A stretch of DNA of 64,000 bases from Cenococcum geophilum (taxonomy: Eukaryota), in contig CP158635.1 in the NCBI GenBank assembly GCA_050273025.1, positions 1,674,001 to 1,738,000 on the forward strand, written 5' to 3'. The notes under the pieces were generated by a model. It searched no databases. It saw nothing but the letters and a program-made list of their open reading frames with translations, and had not been told where the DNA came from. Below are positions 53,301 through 64,000 of the stretch, piece by piece. The translations under genes were made by a program, and so were the position numbers. Each line of letters begins with the position of its first letter. The first letter of the stretch is position 1.

Positions 53301-55955
53301 AAAACTAAGGAGCTGTTTAAAATTATTACCGACTATAAGAACCTATAGATATTTATAACTACTAAGTAGCTAAACTAGCGCCAAGTCTAGTAGGCAGAGT
53401 TCCTTTTATAGTTTAACTTTATAATTATATATAGACCCGGTAGTAAAGTTATGCTCCCTAACGCCCTAAGCTAGCTACTAGAAATAAGGCCTAAGGACGC
53501 CAATAATAAACACCTCTGCTACTAAGCCTAAGTTATTATACCGCCCCAAAAAGTTAACCCTATAATCTTAAAAGAATTACTATATAAGTTCTATAACTCT
53601 AACGACGCGGAGTTTATAGCCGCTTTAGACCCTAAAATAGCCGAAAAGTTACTAGACAAGTTAATTTGGCTAAAATACTAGGAGAATAAACTTATAAGAG
53701 ATATAGTAGCAGCCCTATATAATTGGAAAGCTCGCCGTTAGCTAAAGAAGATTAGGAAATTACTCTATTATAATAAGTTAGAATATAGTATCGTCGACAG
53801 ACAGATCTACTTCCGCTAACGTCTCTTCGTCCCTAACGCCCTAAACCTTTACCTAGAAGTTATCTATCGCTCTTATAGTAGTAGCCCCACTAGTTATCTT
53901 AGCCGGGTTAAGACTCTTAACCTCTTAAACCGAATATACTGGTAGCTAGGAATCTCCTAGTTTACGGCTACCTTTATTAAAGACTGTGCCCTATACTTTC
54001 GCACTAAAACCCCCTATTTTACCCTACCCGGTTTCCTAAAGCTACTAGAATTACCCGCTCGCCTATAGACCGATATCTTAATTAACTATATTATAACGCT
54101 ACCGGTATACTAACGCTATGGTAAGGCATATAAATATATCCTTATTATTATGGACCGCCTAACTAAAATATAATACCTTATTTTAGTAATAGGACTCTTA
54201 TAAAGGAGCTAATTAATGGCTTTGTTAATAACGTATATAAGCTCTATAGTGCACTAAGCACAATTATCTCCAATCGCGGTATATAATTTATTAGCAACTT
54301 CTAGCGACAACTAAGTAAACGCCTTAAGATAACCTTATAACTAAGCTTAGCCTAGTACCTAAAAACGGACGGCTAAACTGAAATTATTAACGCTACCGTA
54401 AATAAATACCTTTATACTTTTGTTAGCTTTATATAGGATAACTAGGTTAACTACCTACCGCTTACTAAGTTTACTATAAATAACTAAGTTAACAAAAGTA
54501 TAGGCATCTCCCCGTTTTTTATAAACTATAGCTTTAACCCTTGCCTCAGAATTAAGCCTGCTGGCCCCTACCTACTAACACTATCAGTATAAGCAAAGAA
54601 GGAGTTTTTTTACGCAAACTCTATGGCTAACCGCTTTAAGCGGATATTAATATAGCTTAAGGCCCTAGCCTGGATTTTATAGTAACGCTATAAAAATAAT
54701 ACTAATACCCATAGGGACGAGAGCGTGTTATTCTATAAAGGCAATATAGTTATAGTTAGCTTAGAAAATATAAAGATAAATAAACCTAAGAAGAAATAGG
54801 ACGATAAATAGGACGGCCTATACCCCGTACTCGCAGTATACTAAGGGGTAGTTGTAGTAGACCTCCCAGACCATATCTAAGTAAATAAATCCTTTTATAT
54901 ATCTAAGGTCCGCCTCTAGGCTACTAAAGAGATCCCTAGCTAAGCAAATATTAATACTATAGAGCGCCGTAATATACAAGGACGAGTAGCAGAGAGAGAT
55001 AACGACGGTAACATAAAAGATAAATAGGAGTTTAAGAAAATCCTTAATATATATAATAAAGACCCCTAGGGCCTAACTTATAAAATTAAATAGAAATATT
55101 ATAAGGATATAACCTAGCAGCTAGAGGAAGACCTAAAGGGTTGTAAACAAGCTGTATAGCGTTTCTATAAGCAACACCCTAAGAAGCTAGGACCCCCAGA
55201 CTGGGTATAAGATAAGGAAAAGTCACGCTAAGGTCGCGGCCGACCACTATATTAAAATTTGTAATGGTTAAAATGTTATAAAACTTTAACCGGCAGTTAA
55301 AGTTATTTAATTAGCCAAATTCTCGCCAAGAAATGCTATACGGACCGATTTAGGTAGCAGTATGGAGTTCTACTAACCTTACTTACTAAACTAACCAATC
55401 AGGATTTTCTATGCCCAGCATAGAAAATCGCCATTAGCTTAGTTAAGGGCGGTAAGCGGAACTAATATCTTCGCGGTAAAAAATAGGCAACCCCATATAC
55501 TGCCTATTTTTAAGTTATTTATTTAGTTTGGGGACCAAACCATCTAGGGGAGAGGAGTACTGTTACGGCACTAACCTAATGTATACTGTTTCATACTATC
55601 TTATACTATTTCCTACTGTTAGCTAGCCTACTACTAGCGACTTAGCGGCTGGCCCTACTATTTATATACAATACCCCCTTTCTACCTTCTTCCCCTCTTC
55701 ATACTATAACGTAGTTATTTAGTCTACTTCATTGCAGCACTGTAATAGGTATATATTATAGACTTAGTTACTTAGTTAATACATATACGGAGTAGAGTAG
55801 GATTTAGGTAGTAGTCTTAGCAAAACTTAGTAGAATATAGCAGAATGCGGCAAGTTGCCGTTAGATTGCCGCAGATTGCTATTAGATTGCTATTTTACGG
55901 TCGGTCTCTAGTTGCTAAGTTAGTAGAAATAAGTAGGCATGTGTAAGGTGTTATA

Positions 55956-57798
55956 GGGGTATCCCATAACACTAGGCTCTTCTCTCTCTCTAAAGAAGTT
56001 ATTTTATACAAAGAAAGGAAGAGAAGCTCTTTTTCTATTCCTAGATAGGATAAGGATAACTACTAGAAAGTAGCTAATAGCAGTAGGATCTTTAGAAGGA
56101 GGTAACTCTTACTAGGCTCTTAGTAGATAGATAATAGGGAGTAAAAGCATAGAAATAATTTACAAAAGGACAGGGACAGGCGTTAGTATTTCTTATTTTT
56201 TAAAATCTTTTCTATTGTTTTCTTATTACCTAATAGTTATTAGTAACCTAGTATTTTTACTAAGTAACTATAAACTACTAGGATATAGTTACTAGTACAT
56301 ATTAAGCTGCCTAAAAAGGATTTATATATATAGAGCTATAGCGCCATAGCCTAGAAGCTGCATGCGTAGTATTATATATAGTAGAATACAACGGACCTAA
56401 AATAAAAAAATTACTATTTATAATACATAAAGGTTTATATAGGCTTAAACTCTATTATAAGATTATCGCCTATTTAGGAAACTGTAATTAAGACCTAACT
56501 AAGCTAGTATATTTAGCCTCCAATATAGGCATTAACTAAGCCTCTTTATTAAAGAGGTTAGTAGCAAAGTACCTCCTCTACCCTTATTCCTTAGAGTTAG
56601 GTCTAACGCTAATATATCCGTTTTTTAACCTAATTATACTAGTAAACTAGATCTTTTATATTAGATCCTTTGCGAGACTATAGCTCCTAAAGTTAAATAG
56701 GTAGGGGGCGTACCGTAATTCTACTTTAAGTATTAAAAGACACTTTAAGTAATAAGGGTATCCTTAAATCTCTCCCCTAGATATAAGAAACTTTCTTAGT
56801 TATACTTTACAGAGCTTATAGCCGCTACTCTATCTCCTAAATATACGTAAAAGCCTTACTTTTATTTTTACCTATAGCTGGATATTACAAACAATATAAA
56901 GGGGTAGATAGTGCGAGTATATTAGGCGATTATGCCTATATCTATCTTATTACGCTCTTTTAGCTAATATAACCACCGTATAAGTCTATCTCTATTAAAA
57001 GATTAAATATATAAATTTTTCTCTAGTATTTATTAGCTAAGAGTAAGATTATAATATTAGCTCTACTAAAAGCCAGGCTATGCTATAAGATAGGCCATTT
57101 ACCCCTAGATTCCGCCTTATAAGTCTTAGGTCTATATAAAGGATATTTTTATATAACTTATACCTCCTTAGCTAAATAGGGGGCTAGGTTAAACTAAAGC
57201 CTAGCGGCTTCTCTAATTATAATATAATCCTCTAATTATTAGGGAAGAGTAAGGTTTAGGTTTAGGTTAAAAAGACGCTAAGGAGGGCGAAGGCTTCTAG
57301 CTTTTAGTAGCGCAGCTTTAACTAAGCTAAGTAACTAGCATTAGCCTATAGTTTTGCTAAGAACCTACTTTAGCGTCCGGCTTCGCCTTTATTATAATGC
57401 TATAATATAATACTACCTAACACGTTCTATGGCTTGCAGCTATAACCTATATAATCTATTATTAGGCGATTCTTAGCACAGCCTTATAGCTATTTATAGC
57501 TATTCTAATAGGGACTAAAGTTGTATATTATAGTTACGCCTAAGATACTACTAAAGGTAAAGGTAAAAAAGAGGATAAATGGAAATATTATTCTAGTGCA
57601 CTAATTAGTAGGGGATATAGGCAGGAGAGGAAAAAAAAAAGAAAAAAGGAGAATACGGTAAAACTAAAGTATACGTTAATATTAGGAGAGAGTATAAATA
57701 TATCCTATAAAAGGGCCAAAGGGTTATAGTACTAGGTAATCGTTAGTATAAAATATATAGAAATTAGGGAAAGTAGGCAGAGCACCTATATAGACACT
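55956..57798 (-). pseudogene. Unidentified RIP-degraded sequence, possibly a Cys-rich protein relic
   Basis: TpA-rich like the transposons, with no retroelement motif recognised. The minus frame ~56450-56920 reads YSHYLPLYIVC...YKLC...YPYY.KC. The same host sequence appears to resume at 59636-60170, 62567-62790 and 63853-64000. Confidence 0.3.
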
Positions 57799-58655
57799 CG
57801 TCAGGAAAACGGGGAGTGGCGCAGGAAATTTGGTTTCGCTAAAAGTACTTTTGGGGCCCAGGGCTAGCTTTCCGCCATATTAGCCAAACCCTGGGGCTGT
57901 ACGCTAGCTTTTCGCCATATTAGCCAAACCCTAGGGCTATACGCTGGCTTTTTGCCATATTAGCCAAACCCTAGGGCTGTACGCTGGCTTTTCGCCATAT
58001 TAGCCAAACCCTGGGGCTATACGCTGGCTTTTCGCCAGCTTCTGGCTATAAAATAAATATTATTACTATTATTGCATTTATTGCTATTAGGGTATTAAAA
58101 TTCTAAAGGCCTCCTGTAGGCTCCTAGCAGGCTTTTTAGCAGGCTCTTAGCAGGACTTTGATTTTCCTAATTATTTAAATCGTCCTACATAACAGTACCA
58201 TCGGGTCCCCATTCTATTCCCGACAGCCTCTACACGTGCCTTTGCATACCCCTTGTACACCTAAATGCCACCTTATTTTTTAACCTTTCTTCACCCTCCC
58301 TACCTAGGGAGGCACCAGAACGGCAGCCAGCAGAGGACTGTGACCAGAACCAGACGACGGTCGTCAGAACCAGACGACGGTCGTCAGAACCAGACGACGG
58401 TAGAACCAGACGACGACCATTCGAACGACCAGCCAGCGAACACCACGATCGATTCGATCGATCGATCGAATCGAACTAGAGCCTCGATATCAACCCGTCA
58501 CCAAATCGAATCGAATCAAGGCCTCCTAAGGAGGCACCCTAGATAACCACCGTTCGAATGTACAGCCGGCGAACGCCTGTAGAGAACGATTCGAATTAAT
58601 TAGAGCCTTCAATCGGGCCGATCCCTTCCCTAAATTAAATCAGGTACTGACATGG

Positions 58656-58687
<32 letters not shown>

Positions 58688-59635
58688 TAGGTAGGTAGGT
58701 AGGTAGGTAGGTAGGTAGGTAAGCAGACAGGTAGGTAGGCAGGTAGGACCGTCGCCAGAACCATGACCGTCGCCGGAGCCAGACGATAATCGTTTGAACG
58801 ACCAGCCAGTGAACACCACGATTAATTCAATCGGTCGATCGAATTGAACCAGAGCCTCGATATCACCCTATTACCAAATCGAATCGAATCGAATCGAATC
58901 GAGGCCTCTTAGGGAGGCACCCCAGACGACCACCGTTCAAACGTACAGCTAGCGAACGCCCATAGAGAACGATTCGAATTAATATAATTAATCGCAATCG
59001 AATTAAGCAGAGCCTTCGATCGGGCCGACCTCTATCCCGAATTACAGATACAGATAGGTAGGTATAGACAAGTAGGCACGACAGGCAGGCACAGACAGGT
59101 AGGCACGAACAAGTAGGACAGTTAGATAGGCAGGACAGGCAGGATAGGCAGGACAGGTAGGACAGGCAGGGCAGGTAGGGCAGGTAGGGCAGGTAGGGCA
59201 GGCAGGGCAGGTAGGGCAGGCAGGGCAGGCACGCAGGCACGCAGGCACTAGGCCTAGTTAGGAAATTAGTATATAGCCGGCGGATCATCGGGAACGCCGC
59301 CAATTGACAATTTGGAGTCTGCGAGAGATATCCCTTATAGCTACCATTAATTTTAAATTTTGAATTTTATTATTTATTTTATAATTATAAATATTGCAGC
59401 TATAGGAAATATTATATAAAATGTATAAAATGTATAAAATGTATAAAACGTATAAAACGCACAAAACGTACAAAACATGCTAATGTTGCTAATGTTGCTA
59501 ATATGGCCCCGGGCTAGCCCCGGGCTAGCGTAAATAAGTGTATATGAGCAGATTAGCGGATCCAGCTGAAATGACCCCGGGCCAGCCCCGGGCTAGCCCC
59601 TGGCTAGCCCCTACCACCCTCCCGTTTTCCTGACG
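57799..59635. mobile_element. Second copy of the CGTCAGG TIR element (1837 bp), 2-bp TSD CT
   Basis: CT|CGTCAGGAAAACGGG...CCCGTTTTCCTGACG|CT. Co-linear with 30274-31973 apart from repeat-number differences. Confidence 0.88.
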
Positions 59636-60170
59636 CTAAGGAGATAGAAAATGCCTTATGGCTAATAGCTAAAGTCTAAGGTAGCATAGTAGCGAGAAAG
59701 AAAAGAGGAGATAGAGCTTAAGGGTAAAAGCAGTAAGGGAGAAGGCCTTTTATGGTCGAGGTTAAGGTTAAGTCTTAGCCAAACTAGGGTAAAAAGTAAG
59801 CGTACCTTGCCTATAGAGGAACCTCCATTTCCTAATACGTAGTCCCTATCTTATTTTTTACTAATTAAATAAAGTAATTAAGGGAACTATTATAAAGTAA
59901 ATTAGCATACGCTTAAATAGTATATAAATAGCATATAAATAAGGAATAAGCTCCTATATAGAACTTTAAAGGTAATATAGTTTACCTAAATATATAAAAC
60001 CTAAAGACCTAACGGCCCTTAAAGAAACTTAGTTAGAAGTTTGCGGGCCTATACTAAATTAAAAAAACTAATACTTAACGTTTTACATAAGCCTGCTATA
60101 GTCTTTAAAGGTAAACCTATAACTTATAAAGTGCCGCCGCTACCGTCTATAATTATTAATAATAGTAACA

Positions 60171-62564
60171 CATTAGGAAAATGTTTATGCCTCCTAATAG
60201 TACTAACAGGCTCCTAATAGCTCCTGTTAGGGCTGCTAGGATCTCCAGGAGACCCTTATACTCGGTTTCCTGTTAGGAGCCTATTAGGAGGCCGCCCGGA
60301 CTAAACGGACCAAACGGACCAAACGGACCTCTAGGACCATCAGGACCATCAGGACAATTAGGACAATTAGGACAATTAGGACAATTAGGATAATTAGGAT
60401 AATTAAAATTCTAGATTTAAAAATAAGGTATATTAACACTCTAGTATTTACAGGTAGTTAAAATATAAAATTAATTTTAATTATATAGTCTAAATAATTC
60501 AATTTAATCTTTCCTGCTTACCGCCTGTGTCTGTCATAGGAGCTCTACGGTTGCTCGGGCGTCGGGCGATTGACTGAGGAGCCTCGCGCAGGCTCCAAAC
60601 CGTCAATTGGCAGTGTTCCCGCCGGCCGTATGCTGATTTCCTAACTAGGCCTAGTGCCTGTCCTGCCTGCCTGCCTGTCCTGCCTGTCCTGCCTGTCCTG
60701 CCTGTCCTGCCTGTCCTGCCTGTCCTGCCTGTCCTGCCTGTCCTGCCTGTCCTGCCCGTCCTGCCTATCCTGCCCATCCTGCCTGTCCTACCTGTTCTAC
60801 CTGTCCTACCCGTCCTACCTGTCCTACCTGTCCTACCGTCCTACCTGTTTGTGCCTACCTGTCTGTATCTGTAATTTGGGGGAGAGGTTGGCCCGATTGA
60901 AGGTTTTGCTTGATTCGATTGATCGTATTAATTTGATTGCGATTGATTGTATTGATTCGAATCGTTCTCTATGGGCGTTCGCTGGCTGTACGTTTGAACG
61001 GTGGTCGTCTGGGGTGCCTCCTTAGGAGGCTTTGATTCGATTTGATTCGGTAACGGGCTGATATTAAGGCTCTGGTTCGATTCGATCGATCGATTGAATC
61101 GATCGTGGTGTTCGCTGGCTGGTCGTTCGGACGATTATTGTCTAGCTCTGGCGACGGTCATCTAGCTCTGGCGACGGTCATCTGGCTCTGGCGACGGTCA
61201 TCTGGCTCTGGCGACGGTCGTCTGGCTCTGACGACGGTCGTCTGGTTCTGACGACGGTCGTCTGGTTCTAGCGACGGTCCTCTCCTACCTGCCTCCTGCC
61301 TGCCTGCCTATGTCAGTATCCAATTCAATTTGGGGGAGGGGTCGGCCCGATCGAAGGCTCTAATTAATTCAGATCGTTCCCTACGGCCGCTCGCCAGCTG
61401 TATATTCGAACGGTGGTCGTCTAGGGTGCCTCCCTAGGAGGCCTTAATTCGATTCGGAGGGCCGATGTTGAAGCTCTGGTTTAATTCGATCGATTGATCA
61501 ATTGGGTCGTTCGTCGTATTCGCTGGCTAGTTGTTTAAAAGGTCGTCGTCTAGTTCTAGTAACGGTCGTCTAGCTTTAGGACGGTCGTCTAGTTCTGGTA
61601 ACGGTTGTCTGGCTCTAGGACGGTTATCTGGTTCTGGCAACGGTCGTCTGGTTCTGGCGACGGTCGTCTGGTTCTAGCGACGGTCCTCTGCTGGCTGCTG
61701 TTCTAGTGCCTCCTAAGGTAGGGAGGATGTAAGGAAGGGTAAAAAAATAAGGTGGCTACTAAGGGGTAACTTGGCAGAGGCACGTGTAGGCTATTGGGAA
61801 TATAGCGGGGACCCGATAGTAATGTGTGTCATGCGGAGCTTCGTGTAGAGCCTCCGTACGCAGAGCTTCGCGCAGAGCCTCGTGCAGAGCCTTTGTACGT
61901 AGAGCTTCGTGTAGAGCTTTGTATAGAGCTTTGCGCAGAGCTTCGTGTAGAGCTTTGTGTAGAGCTTCGTGCAGAAGCTCGTGCAGAAGCTCGTGCAGAG
62001 CCTCTGTACGCAGAGCTTCGTGTAGAGTCTCGTGTAGAGCCTCATGCAAAGCTTCGTGCAGAGCTTCGTTTAGAGCTTCGTGTAGAGCTTCGTGTAGAGC
62101 TTCGTGTAGAGCCTCGTGCAGAGCCCCGTGCAGAGCTTCGTGCAGAGCTTCGTGCAGAGCTTTGTGCAGAGCTTCGTGCAGAGCTTCGTGCAGAGCTTCG
62201 TGTAGAGCTTCGTGCAGAGCTTCGTGCAGAGCTTCATGTAGAGCTTCGTGCAGAGCTTCGTGTAGAGCTTCGTGCAGAGCCTCGTGCAGAGCCTTAGTAG
62301 TGTAGCTTGAGGGGTGTGCATAGGGTGTTGCTTTGGGGGGTTATCCTGCCAGGAACCTGACAGGACAATCAGGAAATACTAGTTTCCTGTCAGGAGCCTG
62401 TCAGGACGATTAGGAAATACTAGTTTTCTGTTAGGAGCCTGACAGGACGATTAGGAAAATCAAAGATCCTGGTAGGAGCCTGTTAGGACAATCAGGACGA
62501 TCAGGAAAATCAAAATCCTGGCAGGAGGCCTCCAGGATCTTGGTACCCCAACAAAATGCTGATG
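60171..62564. mobile_element. Related non-autonomous element (2394 bp) with CAT(C/T)AG...CTGATG termini and 2-bp TSD CA
   Basis: CA|CATTAGGAAAATGTT...AACAAAATGCTGATG|CA. CCTGTCAGGAG-type subterminal repeats occur at both ends. The interior ~60600-61820 is the reverse complement of modules in 58200-59320, plus the 12-bp array. The TIR is short and imperfect. Confidence 0.7.
61835..62295. repeat. 12-bp tandem array (CTTCGTGCAGAG)n
   Basis: Reverse complement of the 32890-33388 array. Confidence 0.95.
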
Positions 62565-62790
62565 CAGTTCTTACTTTATTAACTTAATTAATAATATATA
62601 ATAGAAAACACGATTTAAACGATTTAAGCGATTTAAACTTCTTATTAAGTAAAAAGGATATAAAATATAAACCTAAGAAACCTATAAATAGATTAAGGCC
62701 GATACGCCTTTTCTAGTAAAAGAATTTTATAAGAACTATTCTTTACGGCCTTCTTTAGCTAAATAAACGCGATATAAAGGTAAATAATTG

Positions 62791-63852
62791 GGCCAGCGGT
62801 AAATTGACACCCCCTAATTGATATGCGGACACCCCACAATTGATAACGTGTTCGGCGGGCAAGCTGCCCATGCGGGCATCCTGCCCACCACCAAAAATTA
62901 ATAAATTCTTACTTTAGTATCTTAACAACCACTTAATAATAAATTCTAATAATTTAGATTTAGACTTTTATATACACTTTATAGCTTCTATTAAAGTTAT
63001 ATAGTAATTAATTTAGGGGTTTCTAAGATACTATAATTTGGGGGCTAAAATAAAGCTAAAATACTATATCTTAAAAACTACTAAACTAATTACTATGCAA
63101 CTTTAATAGAAGCTATAAAGCGTATATAAAAGTCTAAATCTAAATTATTAAAATTTATTATTAAGTGGTTGTTAAGATATTAAAGTATGAATTTATTAAT
63201 TTTTGGTGAGTTTTAAGGTGGGCAGGATGCCCGCATGGGCAGCTTGCCCGCCGAACACGTTACACGGACACCCCCCACTAATTTAGTTTAGTTCCTTCCT
63301 GATCAAGTTAGAATATCACGTGAATTTAAGTTGTTTGCATCCGCATCAGTGCGCGACCGTCGCCCATACCCAAAACATTACCTCGCATTTGCCTTACCTA
63401 TTCCCTCCCAGCCTCTAACTGTTGAGGGCCGCCGCGGCTGGCTTTGTTCGCGTTAATACACCGACCCATTGCGAGTCATCAGCATTCGAACAAAGTACCG
63501 GGTATAGTACGCGTGGACGTGGGCTGCGCGTGGACGCGGGCGCGGGCGCAGGCGCAGGCGCAGACGCGAGGGCGGGCGTGCCCGCAGAGGCGGTTCGTAG
63601 ACATCAAGCAGAGGGAGCAGCACCCAAATAAGTTCACGCAGTGCCTCACAGGGTACTGCGCAATTGAGGCATTACGGTCATAAGGGTTATGTTTTAACAA
63701 TTTAATTTTCGCGATGTTGATGCAAACAACTTAAATTCACGTGATATTCTAACTTGATCAGGAAGGAACTAAACTCAATTAGTGGGGGGTGTCCGTGTAT
63801 CAATTGGGGGGTGTCCGCATATCAATTAGGGGGTGTCAATTTACCGCTGGCC
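62791..63852. mobile_element. MITE-like element with ~135-bp TIRs, 8-bp TSD and a GC-rich interior (Mutator- or Merlin-like ends)
   Basis: AATAATTG|GGCCAGCGGTAAATTGACACCCCC...GGGGGTGTCAATTTACCGCTGGCC|AATAATTG. The left TIR is split by a nested MITE; net length is ~645 bp. Confidence 0.88.
62846..63260. mobile_element. Palindromic MITE (415 bp) with TA TSD, nested in the left TIR of 62791-63852
   Basis: TA|ACGTGTTCGGCGGGCAAG...CTTGCCCGCCGAACACGT|TA. The inner arms are shared with the 38110-38535 MITE. Confidence 0.9.
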
Positions 63853-64000
63853 AATAATTGCCACCTAATATAAATATATAAAATATAATAGTGAGAAGCT
63901 CGAAATTAAAAAGAACTTAAAATATATTATAACATTTATTTTATAATTATTATAATACGTAAAATGTTAAGGAACTTTAACCAGTGGTTAAAGTTATCTA

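Larger units (their letters stand above)
40877..55747 (+). mobile_element. Ty3/Gypsy chromovirus 'F' with both LTRs, inserted in the LTR of E and interrupted by G
   Basis: 187-bp LTRs at 40877-41063 and 55561-55747, TSD GGTAT, PPT AGGGGAGAGGAG (~55546). Motifs: gag knuckle (~42300), protease LVDSG (~50885), RT YLDD (~52676), RNase H ETDAS (~53117), integrase TDGQTE (~54365), chromodomain (~55025-55150). Confidence 0.95.
30048..55955 (-). mobile_element. Ty3/Gypsy element 'E' in pieces (30048-30273, 31974-32662, 38995-40876, 55753-55955): 5' LTR, gag, protease, partial RT; hosts several insertions
   Basis: Minus-strand [27 protein letters not shown] (30100-30230). FGPLYGMS is restored across the 30274-31973 insertion. 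Protease ILIDTGASG (~39345-39370) and CCHC knuckle GLCFKCGS.DH...C (~39710-39760). The LTR starts ~40748, is split by Gypsy F, and ends GTGTTATA at 55955. Confidence 0.85.

Noticed and set aside
61759..62321. Overlapping repeat ORFs on both strands
   Set aside because: They come from the same 12-bp array in inverted orientation.
63422..63700. Three overlapping 69-79 aa ORFs in the GC-rich MITE interior
   Set aside because: They are expected by chance in GC-rich sequence and have no recognisable motif. The region is kept only as possible captured DNA.
1..64000. Starship, Helitron, telomere or rDNA/tRNA genes
   Set aside because: I recognised no tyrosine-recombinase captain, Rep/helicase motifs, (TTAGGG)n tract or structural RNA. 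Heavy RIP could hide the first two.

Overview
This window contains no intact host gene. It is an AT-rich stack of nested fungal transposons degraded by repeat-induced point mutation (RIP). TpA is in excess, CpA/TpG is depleted, and conserved TGG/CAA/CAG/TGT codons read TAG/TAA/TAT, which points to a filamentous ascomycete. Termini, target-site duplications (TSDs) and de-RIPed protein motifs resolve five or six Ty3/Gypsy elements (three complete with both LTRs and 5-bp TSDs, four with chromodomains), two Copia elements with a GTTATAAGCCC primer-binding site, two inverted copies of a GalEa-like Copia, a solo LTR, a Tad1-like LINE, a Mutator-like element with a 9-bp TSD, and three MITE-like elements. 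Three things stand out. (i) Four non-coding 1.7-2.4 kb elements have C(G/A)TCAG...CTGA(C/T)G ends and variable 2-bp TSDs (AG, TA, CT, CA), and are built from shuffled shared repeat modules. (ii) One chromovirus carries a RIP-damaged antisense, probably spliced, Zn2Cys6-like/coiled-coil ORF in its 3' region. (iii) The same chromovirus has three novel-looking C-x4-C-x2-H motifs between gag and protease. The supplied ORF track is mostly tandem-repeat or antisense artefact. All motif calls were read by eye and no searches were run.
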